This document shows, in pieces, positions 1 to 8,645 of a stretch of 33,348 nucleotides of DNA. This stretch comes from Candidatus Margulisiibacteriota bacterium (lineage in GTDB: Bacteria; Margulisbacteria; WOR-1; O2-12-FULL-45-9), in assembly GCA_034723395.1 (NCBI GenBank), contig JAYEOW010000038.1:1-33348 (forward strand). The letters run 5' to 3'. A model generated the notes under the pieces. It saw only the letters and a list, made by a program, of their open reading frames with translations. It did not search any database and was not told where the DNA came from. Positions within the stretch are counted from its first letter, which is position 1. Every line of letters begins with the position of its first letter. Made by a program: the position numbers and the translations under genes.

Positions 1-622
1 CGACCGGTTTAGAAATGAGGCGGGAAGCAACCATTTTGTCCTATCCCCGAGTAAATGGGCAAAAAAGACGTGTGCAATTGGTATTTATTCGCGTCAGGGC
101 CGGGGCGGCGGCACTTTTGCTCACAAAGACATTGCTTTTGAATTCGCTTCCTGGATCAGCGCGGAATTTAAACTGTATCTGATAAAGGAATTTCAGCGGT
201 TAAAATTACAAGAAAATGAAAAATTAGCGCTGGGCTGGGACGCAAAAAGGCTCCTGGCAAAAGTGAATTATAAGGTGCATACAGATGCCGTAAAAGAACA
301 TTTGATTCCCAAAAGCATCAGTCAGAAACAAGCCAGTTTTATTTACGCAGACGAGGCCGATATTCTAAATATGGCTTTATTTGGCATAACAGCTAAAGAA
401 TGGAGAGAAAAGCATCCTGATAAAAAGGAAGAAGAGAATGTCAGAGATTATGCCGATGTTTCCCAGTTGGTTTGTTTGGCCGGATTGGAAAGCCTGAACG
501 CGGAGTTTATCAGGCAAGGGATGGCTCCGGCGGAAAGGCTCAAAAAGCTCAATCAGATCGCGATTATTCAAATGAGATCGATTTTGGAAAGCTCATCAAT
601 AAAACAAATTGAACGCCAATGA
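1..622 (+). CDS. KilA-N domain DNA-binding protein (5' truncated by window edge)
   Basis: Frame is open from position 2 (DRFRNEAGSNHFVLSPSKW...GRGGGTFAHKDIAFEFASWISAEFKLYLIKEFQRLK), the KilA-N family signature. It continues into the 263..622 ORF. Confidence 0.85.
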   Translation, partial: DRFRNEAGSNHFVLSPSKWAKKTCAIGIYSRQGRGGGTFAHKDIAFEFASWISAEFKLYLIKEFQRLKLQENEKLALGWDAKRLLAKVNYKVHTDAVKEHLIPKSISQKQASFIYADEADILNMALFGITAKEWREKHPDKKEEENVRDYADVSQLVCLAGLESLNAEFIRQGMAPAERLKKLNQIAIIQMRSILESSSIKQIERQ

Positions 623-819
623 AAAAAGAACAAAATTATTATTATGACGCGATGGATTGTTTATGTGCGGGAAATACGACAAATGCCGGATCAAGCCCGC
701 GGGATATAGACGCTATGTTTGATGAGGGGAATGAATCGCAAAACTGGGATAAGCTGGCAATGCTTTTAGACGCGCAGAACGAAAAACATAAATTTTGGGA
801 TGAGCCCTCCGAGTATTGA
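619..819 (+). pseudogene. Short hypothetical ORF, possibly an internally deleted remnant
   Basis: 66 aa with an ATGA overlap on the upstream stop. It reads like the N-terminus (NYYYDAMDCL) and C-terminus (MFDEGN..NWDKL..QN.KHKFW.EP) of a longer protein joined together. This is from recollection, not verified. Confidence 0.35.
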
Positions 820-870
820 ATAGAGGAGTCCTTTGCGCTGGCGTGGGTTGAGTGAGGGAGGAAAACTAGG

Positions 871-1011
871 CTTGTCCTGAGTCCCACGAAGGGCTTTTTC
901 TGTCAATGTTTTTGGGGGCGAGTTGCGTTGGGCGGTGGCGATGTGAGAAACGAAGTGCGAAATGAGTCGAAGGGCATATCGCAAGACGGTTCGCTCATCG
1001 CTCGGGACAAG
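871..1011. repeat. Inverted-repeat-bounded intergenic element (MITE/REP-like)
   Basis: CTTGTCCTGAG (871-881) and CTCGGGACAAG (1001-1011) are inverted repeats with one G-U mismatch. Internal CGAAGGG/GAGTCGAAGGG motifs. Confidence 0.5.
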
Positions 1012-1035
1012 TAAGAGAGGGAGGGGTGAGTTGTG

Positions 1036-1044
1036 TGGTATAAT
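1036..1044 (+). promoter_or_regulatory. Extended -10 sigma-70 promoter
   Basis: TGgTATAAT upstream of the Bro-N gene. Confidence 0.55.
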
Positions 1045-1067
1045 TCAAATGTATCATGGGAGGCCAT

Positions 1068-1907
1068 GTGGCCGATAAAAAAGAAAAACATATAGCTATT
1101 TTCAGAGGGAAAGAAATTAGAAGGATCATTCATGGTAATGAGTGGTGGTTTTCAATCGCAGATATATGCGGAGTCCTTACCAAAAGCCTTGACGCAGGGG
1201 CGTATTGGAGAAAATTAAAGCAAAGATTAAAAGAAGAAGGAAGCGAAGTCGTGACAAATTGTCACGGGTTGAAATTGATGGCTCCGGATGGAAAAAAGCG
1301 AGAAACAGACTGTGCGAATACAGAAGGCATATTTCGTATCATCCAGTCAATTCCTTCGCCAAAAGCGGAACCGTTCAAGCGCTGGCTGGCAAAAGTGGGC
1401 TATGAACGAATTAAGGAAATTGAAGATCCGGAACTGGCGACTAAAAGAACCCGGGCATTATACAAAGCGAAAGGTTATCCCGACGCCTGGATCGAAAAGA
1501 GGATGCGGGGCATCGCTATTAGGGAAGAATTAACCGATGAATGGGACAAACGCGGGATAAAACAGCAGAGGGAATATGCGATCCTTACGGCGGAAATATC
1601 CAAAGCCGCGTTTGGGCTGACCCCGAGCGAATATAAAAAGCATAAGAGGTTAAAAAGAGAGAACCTCCGCGATCATATGACCGACCTGGAATTGATCTTC
1701 TCCATGCTTGGCGAAGCGGCAACTAATGAAATTACGCGCGGCAAAGATCCAAAAGGTTTTGATGAGAACAAAAAGACGGCGCGAGAGGGCGGGGTGGTGG
1801 CGGGAAAAGCCAGAAAGGATCTGGAAAAACGGAGCGGTAAAAGGATTATTTCCAAAGAAAATTATTTAAGGCCTGGCGAGTCCTATGAGTTGGGGCAGAT
1901 CGAGTAG
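1068..1907 (+). CDS. Bro-N domain protein (phage antirepressor-like)
   Basis: IAIFRGKEIRR..EWWFSIADIC..YWRKLKQRL..RIIQSIPSPKAEPFKRWLA. GTG start at 1068 follows GGAGG; alternative ATG at 1056. Confidence 0.85.
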   Translation: MADKKEKHIAIFRGKEIRRIIHGNEWWFSIADICGVLTKSLDAGAYWRKLKQRLKEEGSEVVTNCHGLKLMAPDGKKRETDCANTEGIFRIIQSIPSPKAEPFKRWLAKVGYERIKEIEDPELATKRTRALYKAKGYPDAWIEKRMRGIAIREELTDEWDKRGIKQQREYAILTAEISKAAFGLTPSEYKKHKRLKRENLRDHMTDLELIFSMLGEAATNEITRGKDPKGFDENKKTAREGGVVAGKARKDLEKRSGKRIISKENYLRPGESYELGQIE

Positions 1908-1914
1908 AGTGAAA

Positions 1915-2673
1915 ATGAAAGAAAAAATTCGTCTGGTCAGGACACTATTGGAAAAACGGAGTATCAGGCGTAAAGAGGGCCGGTTTGTGGTTGAAGGGCC
2001 GCACCTGGTCGAAGAAGCGGGAGAGCAGATCGACTTCGTAGTTTATGCGGAAAACCTTCCCATTGTAGCTAAATTACAAGGAAAAGGGATAGAATGTCTA
2101 AAGGTATCCAAGAAGCAGTTTGGCGAGATATCGGAAGTCGAAACACCGCAATGGATCCTGGCGGTTGTAAAAGAGAGAGCGCATCAAATTGGCCATGTAT
2201 TAAAGAATCCGCTGCCGTTAGTAGTATTTTGTATCGAAGTACAGGACCCAGGGAACCTTGGAACAATTATCCGGACTGCTGACGCGGTCCATGCATCAGG
2301 GGTTGTTCTTTCACGGGGAACAGTTGATGTTCTAAACAGTAAGGTTGTCCGTTCGACCATGGGATCGATCTTCCATCTGCCGATCGTGACCGTTGAAGAT
2401 TACTTAGAAGCGATCGATTATCTAAAAAAGAAAGATGTGCGGATCGTAGCCGCTGACGTTTCTGCTGAGAAAGATTACTTTTCGGCCGATTATAAAGGGC
2501 CAGTCGCGATCTTAGTCGGAAATGAAGGGGCGGGGCTTCCGGATGAAGTCCTTGAAGTTTGTGATGATAAAGTTAAGATCCCGATGCCGGGAAGAGCGGA
2601 ATCATTAAATGTGGGAGTCTCAACGGCGGTCATGTTATACGAAGCGTTAAGACAGAGGAAATATGCAAGATAG
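1915..2673 (+). CDS. TrmH/SpoU family RNA 2'-O-methyltransferase
   Basis: SPOUT motifs VQDPGNLGTIIRTA, GNEGAGL and IPMPGRAESLNVGV. Position upstream of pheS is typical. Start placed at ATG 1915. Confidence 0.92.
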   Translation: MKEKIRLVRTLLEKRSIRRKEGRFVVEGPHLVEEAGEQIDFVVYAENLPIVAKLQGKGIECLKVSKKQFGEISEVETPQWILAVVKERAHQIGHVLKNPLPLVVFCIEVQDPGNLGTIIRTADAVHASGVVLSRGTVDVLNSKVVRSTMGSIFHLPIVTVEDYLEAIDYLKKKDVRIVAADVSAEKDYFSADYKGPVAILVGNEGAGLPDEVLEVCDDKVKIPMPGRAESLNVGVSTAVMLYEALRQRKYAR

Positions 2674-3679
2674 AATCAGACAGATAGAAACGGATGCAAT
2701 AGCTGCGATTAACAGCGCGGTAGATCCTCAGGAGTTAGAAGCGGCCAGGGTCAAATATGTCGGTAAAAAGAGCGAATTTATGCAGCTTCTAAAATCGCTC
2801 GGAACCCTTTCACCCGAAGAACGTCCAGTGATCGGCGCATTGATCAATCAAACTAAAGTAAAACTGCAAAACGCGCTGAACCAGAAAAAAGTTTTTCTTC
2901 TCCAAGCAGACCAATCTAAAAAGATCGATGCGGATAAGATCGATGTTACACTGCCGGGTAAAGGGATAAAACGGGGTAGATATCATCCGGTCACTCAGGT
3001 TAATGAAGAATGTAAAGCTACCTTCATCCGCTTGGGTTACGAGATCGCCGAAGGGCCGGATATCGAACTGGATTACTATAACTTTGACGGATTAAATATC
3101 CCGCCGCACCATCCTTCACGCGACGCGTTCGCGACCTTATTCATTGATGAAAAAGTTTTGTTGAGGACGCATACTTCGCCGGTCCAGATCCGCGTTATGG
3201 AAAAGCGAAAACCGCCGCTGGCGATTGTCGCACCGGGGAGGGTTTACCGCCGCGATTCCGACGCTACCCACTCACCGGTCTTCCAACAGCTGGAAGGCTT
3301 CTTTGTCGATAAAAATGTTACCTTTGGCGATCTAAAGGGGACATTGACCGAATTCCTGCGCCAGACATTTGGTCGTAAACGTAATGTTCGCTTCAGGCCG
3401 AGCTTCTTCCCCTTTACCGAACCATCGGCCGAGGTGGATGTCGAATGCGTTATGTGCAACGGCAAAGGCTGCCGCTTATGCAAAGGTACCGGCTGGCTGG
3501 AGATTCTCGGTTCGGGGATGGTCGACCCGAAAGTTTTAAAAGCGGTCGGCTACAATCCGGAAAAAGTGAGCGGGTTTGCCTTCGGCATGGGGATCGAGCG
3601 GATCGCGATGTTGAAATACCGGATCGATAATATTCGATTATTTTACGAGAATGATATCCGTTTTCTGGAGCAATTCTGA
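2663..3679 (+). CDS. pheS: Phenylalanine--tRNA ligase alpha subunit
   Basis: LLRTHTSPVQIR, RFRPSFFPFTEPS, GFAFGMGIERIAML and a CxxC..CxxC Zn site. Confidence 0.98.
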   Translation: MQDRIRQIETDAIAAINSAVDPQELEAARVKYVGKKSEFMQLLKSLGTLSPEERPVIGALINQTKVKLQNALNQKKVFLLQADQSKKIDADKIDVTLPGKGIKRGRYHPVTQVNEECKATFIRLGYEIAEGPDIELDYYNFDGLNIPPHHPSRDAFATLFIDEKVLLRTHTSPVQIRVMEKRKPPLAIVAPGRVYRRDSDATHSPVFQQLEGFFVDKNVTFGDLKGTLTEFLRQTFGRKRNVRFRPSFFPFTEPSAEVDVECVMCNGKGCRLCKGTGWLEILGSGMVDPKVLKAVGYNPEKVSGFAFGMGIERIAMLKYRIDNIRLFYENDIRFLEQF

Positions 3680-5664
3680 TGAAAGTTCCAATTGAATGGC
3701 TTAAAGAATTAGTAAACATCAAAGGGAGCCCGGATAAGCTTGCCCATATGATGACCATGGGCGGGCTTGAAACAGTAGTTGAGCCGGGGAATCTTCTGGA
3801 AATTGATATCCTGCCAAACCGCTCCGATTGCTGGAGCATTTTGGGGATCGCCCGCGAAGTTGCCGCTTTAACCAAAACGACTGTGAAAAGACCCGAATAT
3901 AGGGTTGTTGGCATATCGAAAAAGGTTAAGGACGCGGTTACGGTTGAAGTTAAAGACAAGAAACTATGTCCTCGATACATGGCTCGTGTTATCGAAAACG
4001 TTACGATTGAAGGGTCGCCAGACTGGCTGAAAAAACGGTTGGAGAGCGCCGGCGTCCGCGCGATCAATAATGTGGTAGATGTAACTAATTATTTTCTTCT
4101 AGAGCTCGGCCAGCCGATGCACGCTTTTGACGCTAAGCTGATCAAAGATCGAACGATTATCGTTCGCGAAGCTAAACCTGGAGAGAAAATTACAACGTTA
4201 GATGGCAAGGAACATGAACTTTCGTCGGATATGCTGATGATCACAGACCCTGAGAAGTTAATTGCGATTGCAGGAGTGATGGGGGCGGCGAATACGGAAG
4301 TTAACGGCCAAACAAAAACGGTTATTTTAGAATCAGCTTATTTCGATCCGGTATCGATCAATAATACGTCGAAAAATATTAAGCTGAGGAGCGAATCATC
4401 GGTCCGCTTCGAGCATGGGGTTGGTTGGGCGATGGTCGAAGAGGCGCTCGACCGCGCCGCGATAATGATCGCCGAGCTTGCCGGTGGAAGTATCCTGGCC
4501 GGGAAGATCGATAAGAAAACGGGAGCAAGGAAACCAAAAACGATTAAATTTCGGCCAGAGCGGGTTAATCAAGTTTTAGGAACTAATCTTTCTGCCGCCG
4601 AAATGCAATCATTGTTAAAACGGTTAGGATTTAGTGTAAGCGGGAATAAAGTTAAAATTCCTCTCTTCCGTGCCGAAGATATCTCTCGCGAGATCGACCT
4701 GATCGAAGAGATCGCCCGCGTTTACGGTTACGATAAGATCGAGCCAACAATGCCAAATACCTCATTTCCGGGCAAGGGTGTGGATAAGCTCGATCTTTTT
4801 CGCAATAAAGTGCGCGAGATCATGATCGGATGCGGATTAAATGAAGTCCAGACCTTTAGCATGGTCGGCCCGAAAGAGTTTGAAAGAACCGGAACAGATC
4901 CTTCCAAAGCGGTAAAGATCGCTAATCCGATGTGCGTTGAAGAGAGTTTGATGCGGACGATCCTGCTCCCAAGCTTACTGAATGTGGTTGAACATAATAT
5001 CAACCGCCAGGTCGAGGATGTCTTTATCTTTGAGATCGGGAAGATATACGCTTATTCAGGTGGTAAATTGCCGGCGGAAAGATGGGGCTTGACCGTTACC
5101 GCGATCGGTTCTCCGTTTATGAGCGCGATCGATAAGGGGAAGGCCGATTATTTTTACATTAAGGGGATCTTGCAAAATCTCCTGGACGTTTTAGGGATAA
5201 AAGACCATAAGCTGGTTGAGTCAGACAGCCATCTGGTTCAACCGGGAAGGGGTGCCTCGATCGCCGGGCTCGGATTGATCGGCGAGCTTCATCCAAGTAT
5301 CAGGAAAAAATATAAGATAGAAAAACAGCTCTCTTTCTTTGGGATCGATCTCGAAGGGCTTTTTAAGCTTGTAGAAGAGAGCCAACGATATAAACCGCTC
5401 CCTAAATTTCCTTCTGCTTCACGCGATATCGCAATGAATGTTCCCAAAGGTCTGGAAAATCAGATGATCATATCGACTATTAAGAAACTCGGCGGAGATA
5501 TGGTTGAAGCTGTTTTTCTCTTTGATAAATATAAAGATAGTCTTGCTTACCGGGTTATCTTTCGTAATCCGGAGCGGACCTTGACCGATGACGAAGTCAA
5601 TAAAAAGCATGCGCAGATCATAAAGGCCCTCGAGTCTAAACTTAATGTGCGGCTAAGAAGGTAG
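3679..5664 (+). CDS. pheT: Phenylalanine--tRNA ligase beta subunit (lacks B2 OB-fold)
   Basis: PNRSDC, INNVVDVTNY..LELGQPMHAFD, REIDLIEEIARVYGY and C-terminal B8 (FPSASRDIA, RTLTDDEVN). Only 661 aa. Confidence 0.97.
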   Translation: MKVPIEWLKELVNIKGSPDKLAHMMTMGGLETVVEPGNLLEIDILPNRSDCWSILGIAREVAALTKTTVKRPEYRVVGISKKVKDAVTVEVKDKKLCPRYMARVIENVTIEGSPDWLKKRLESAGVRAINNVVDVTNYFLLELGQPMHAFDAKLIKDRTIIVREAKPGEKITTLDGKEHELSSDMLMITDPEKLIAIAGVMGAANTEVNGQTKTVILESAYFDPVSINNTSKNIKLRSESSVRFEHGVGWAMVEEALDRAAIMIAELAGGSILAGKIDKKTGARKPKTIKFRPERVNQVLGTNLSAAEMQSLLKRLGFSVSGNKVKIPLFRAEDISREIDLIEEIARVYGYDKIEPTMPNTSFPGKGVDKLDLFRNKVREIMIGCGLNEVQTFSMVGPKEFERTGTDPSKAVKIANPMCVEESLMRTILLPSLLNVVEHNINRQVEDVFIFEIGKIYAYSGGKLPAERWGLTVTAIGSPFMSAIDKGKADYFYIKGILQNLLDVLGIKDHKLVESDSHLVQPGRGASIAGLGLIGELHPSIRKKYKIEKQLSFFGIDLEGLFKLVEESQRYKPLPKFPSASRDIAMNVPKGLENQMIISTIKKLGGDMVEAVFLFDKYKDSLAYRVIFRNPERTLTDDEVNKKHAQIIKALESKLNVRLRR

Positions 5665-5666
5665 TT

Positions 5667-8186
5667 ATGGCCGACCAGACCCCGATGTTAAAACAATATC
5701 TTTCCATCAAAGAGCGGCATCAGGATGCGATCCTCTTTTTCCGCTTAGGAGATTTCTATGAGATGTTCTTTGATGATGCGGTTAAGGCTTCCAAGGAACT
5801 TGATCTTGTCCTTACTGGAAGGGGGAAAGACGAAAAACGGATGCCGATGTGCGGGATTCCATTTCATGCGGCCGAGAATTATATTGCTAAACTTATTGAT
5901 CGAGGATATAAGGTTGCGATCTGTGAGCAGGTTGAGGATCCTAAAGCTGGAAAAGGGATTGTTAAACGTGAAGTCATTCGAATAGTTACTCCGGGAACGG
6001 TTATCGAAGCGAACCTTTTAACCGAAAAAGCGAATAATTATCTGGCTGCGATCACCAAGGAGAAAAATAAGTACGGATTAGCCTACATTGATGCTTCGAC
6101 CGGGGAATTTAAGATTACCGAGCTTGATAGTAAAGAGAAGGTATTGGATGAGATCAATCGAATAAATCCGGCCGAGCTTTTAGTTTCTGATCTTATTGAT
6201 TCATCGAAACCTGAGACTGAAAGTCTCGGTTCCGATGAAAAAAGGAACCGCGAATTTCATTCGCAGGTTCCCCAGACTTCATTCAAAGACACCTATGACA
6301 TAGAAAACGCGGAGGAGCGGCTAAAAGAGACCTTTGAAGTCAGCTCTCTAAGCTCCTTTGGTCTTGATTCGGTTAAGTCTGCCTGGGGGGCAGCGGTCGC
6401 TATCCTTGATTACTTAAAAGAGACACAGAAGACTGCGCTTAACCATATCAATAATATTAAACCGTATCATCCAAGCCAGTTCATGTTTATCGACGCGGCT
6501 ACGCGAAGAAACCTTGAGTTGGTTAAAACTATCCGGGATAAATCGTATAAAGGGAGCTTGCTCTGGGTATTGGATAAGACTAAGACTTCGATGGGCGGCC
6601 GAAAGCTTCGCCAATGGGTATTACAGCCTCTATTGGAAGCAGAAAAAATCAATCAAAGGTTAGATGCGGTCTCGGAACTGTTCGATAGCGCCGAAATGCG
6701 GGCAGAGCTGGCCCAAGAGATCGAAAATATTTCGGATATCGAACGGGTTGTAGGAAGGATTGCTTCGGCTAAAGCGAACGCGCGGGATCTGATCGCGCTC
6801 AAAGAATCTTTACAGCGATTACCAAAGATCAGGGACGTATTAAAAGATTGCAAGTCTGAATTACTCAAGGAACCGAGGCGTTCAGCCTCAGGTTCCGCGG
6901 AAGAGATTATTGAACTGATATCAAAAGTCATCGTAGACGAACCGCCTTTAACGATCAAAGAAGGCGGATTAATTAAAAGTGACTACGATCCGGAGATAAA
7001 TAAGATTAAACAAGCGGCTCGGGAAGGGAAAGAGTGGATCGCGCGGTTGGAGAATGAAGAACGAAAGCGGTCGGGAATTAAGTCTCTGAAGGTCGGTTAT
7101 ACCAAAGTATTCGGTTACTATATTGAGATCACCAAATCTAATCTTGCCCAGGCGCCCGATGATTATATTCGCAAACAGACTTTGGTGAATGCCGAAAGAT
7201 TTATTACCCCGGAATTAAAAGATAAGGAATCGTTGATCCTAAACGCGGACGAGCGGATGAAAGAGATGGAGTACAGAGCATTTTGCGGTGTGCGGGAGCG
7301 AATTGCGATAAAAACTGCTGAGCTTCAAAAACTAGCGGATAGTTTAGCTCAAATCGACGTTTTGTTATCACTGGCGGAAGTTGCGATAGAGAATCATTAC
7401 TGTAAACCTGAGATGAGAGCTGTGATATGTGATATGCGAGTTGTGGAGTCACGGCATCCTGTGGTTGAGAAAACATTAGGGGCACATCAGTTTGTGCCGA
7501 ACGATATAGAGCTAGATGAGGCAGAGAGCAGGTTCCTTTTGATCACCGGTCCGAACATGGCCGGGAAGTCGACCTATATGCGGCAGGTTGCCTTAATTGC
7601 GCTGATGGCACAGATCGGTTCATTCGTTCCCGCAAATGAAGCGGAGCTTTGCCTGGTTGATCGAATATTTACCCGGATCGGAGCGATGGATGATATCTTC
7701 TCCGGACAGTCGACCTTTATGATGGAGATGACCGAAACCGCTAATATCCTAAACAATGCGACCGATAAAAGTTTAATAATCCTGGATGAGATCGGGCGGG
7801 GGACGGCGACCTTTGACGGCATGTCGATCGCCGCCGCGGTTGCCGAATATATTCATGCAAAGATCAAAGCTAAAACTTTATTTGCCACCCATTATCATGA
7901 AATAACGCAGTTGGCCGATAAGCATGCCGGGATGAAGAATTTAAATGTTCTGATCAAAGAGGAGGGGGACCATGTGACTTTCCTTCATAAGATTGTTGAA
8001 GGGCCTGCCGATCGATCGTACGGTATTCAAGTGGCCAAACTTGCCGGGCTGCCAAAAGAGGTCGTTAAACGAGCTAAAGAAGTTTACGATAAACTTGAAA
8101 TGGTTGAAAATGATCTGGGAAACGTCCCGCGCCGCGCGTCACGCGTCCCGAAGAAAGTTGATAAAAAACAAACCACTTTATTCTGA
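5667..8186 (+). CDS. mutS: DNA mismatch repair protein MutS
   Basis: TPMLKQY, FRLGDFYEMF, Walker A TGPNMAGKST, STFMMEM, LDEIGRGT, ATHYHE, SYGIQVA. Confidence 0.98.
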   Translation: MADQTPMLKQYLSIKERHQDAILFFRLGDFYEMFFDDAVKASKELDLVLTGRGKDEKRMPMCGIPFHAAENYIAKLIDRGYKVAICEQVEDPKAGKGIVKREVIRIVTPGTVIEANLLTEKANNYLAAITKEKNKYGLAYIDASTGEFKITELDSKEKVLDEINRINPAELLVSDLIDSSKPETESLGSDEKRNREFHSQVPQTSFKDTYDIENAEERLKETFEVSSLSSFGLDSVKSAWGAAVAILDYLKETQKTALNHINNIKPYHPSQFMFIDAATRRNLELVKTIRDKSYKGSLLWVLDKTKTSMGGRKLRQWVLQPLLEAEKINQRLDAVSELFDSAEMRAELAQEIENISDIERVVGRIASAKANARDLIALKESLQRLPKIRDVLKDCKSELLKEPRRSASGSAEEIIELISKVIVDEPPLTIKEGGLIKSDYDPEINKIKQAAREGKEWIARLENEERKRSGIKSLKVGYTKVFGYYIEITKSNLAQAPDDYIRKQTLVNAERFITPELKDKESLILNADERMKEMEYRAFCGVRERIAIKTAELQKLADSLAQIDVLLSLAEVAIENHYCKPEMRAVICDMRVVESRHPVVEKTLGAHQFVPNDIELDEAESRFLLITGPNMAGKSTYMRQVALIALMAQIGSFVPANEAELCLVDRIFTRIGAMDDIFSGQSTFMMEMTETANILNNATDKSLIILDEIGRGTATFDGMSIAAAVAEYIHAKIKAKTLFATHYHEITQLADKHAGMKNLNVLIKEEGDHVTFLHKIVEGPADRSYGIQVAKLAGLPKEVVKRAKEVYDKLEMVENDLGNVPRRASRVPKKVDKKQTTLF
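6200..6271. repeat. Two head-to-head 28-nt REP-like hairpins inside mutS
   Basis: 6206-6233 (reverse complement GGAACCGAGACTTTCAGTCTCAGGTTTC, extended by TTCATC/GATGAA) and 6244-6271 GGAACCGCGAATTTCATTCGCAGGTTCC. Confidence 0.85.
6869..6896 (+). repeat. Third 28-nt REP-like hairpin inside mutS
   Basis: GGAACCGAGGCGTTCAGCCTCAGGTTCC, with the same architecture as the 6206 and 6244 copies. Confidence 0.85.
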
Positions 8187-8195
8187 TCTTTGTTA

Positions 8196-8204
8196 TGGTA
8201 TAAT
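8196..8204 (+). promoter_or_regulatory. Extended -10 sigma-70 promoter
   Basis: TGgTATAAT followed by an AAAGGGGGA ribosome-binding site and ATG 8232. Confidence 0.6.
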
Positions 8205-8231
8205 TTTATAAATTTGAAAGGGGGATATCAG

Positions 8232-8645
8232 ATGAGAAAGTTAGTTTTGGTTGCGGTTTCGGTTGCGATATTTGCTTCAAGTGCGTTTGCTTTTATGCCG
8301 GCAATTATTGGCGGTTATCGTGATGGATTGGCTGTCGGTATTCAAGGTTCCAGTTCGATTGCGCGTAACGTTGCGCTCCGTCTGGGAGTTGAAGCTACCG
8401 GAGGAAATGCCCCTCTGATCGCCTTTATCGGAGGTAAATTCTATCTTGGAGCAATGGGTAGAATGCCGATGTCATTGGGCCTTTCAGGTGTAATGTATTC
8501 GGGTAATTCAAGCAGTAAATTCGGTTTCGGCCTATCGGCTATCTTTGATCGCGCCTTCGGTGTGCGGCCGATGTTCCTTGAGGTTGGAGTAGATGTGGTT
8601 GATGCCGCCAGGGCGCAGATCCAGTTAGGGTATAAGATCTACTAA
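8232..8645 (+). CDS. Exported protein, probable small outer-membrane beta-barrel
   Basis: Sec signal peptide (MRKLVLVAVSVAIFASSAFA), Gly/aromatic alternating strands, C-terminal QIQLGYKIY ending in an aromatic residue. Confidence 0.6.
   Translation: MRKLVLVAVSVAIFASSAFAFMPAIIGGYRDGLAVGIQGSSSIARNVALRLGVEATGGNAPLIAFIGGKFYLGAMGRMPMSLGLSGVMYSGNSSSKFGFGLSAIFDRAFGVRPMFLEVGVDVVDAARAQIQLGYKIY

Noticed and set aside
8190..8231. N-terminal extensions in the ORF track (8190; also 13449, 1885, 28057)
   Set aside because: They run through -10 boxes, ribosome-binding sites or the upstream gene, and the downstream ATGs fit better.
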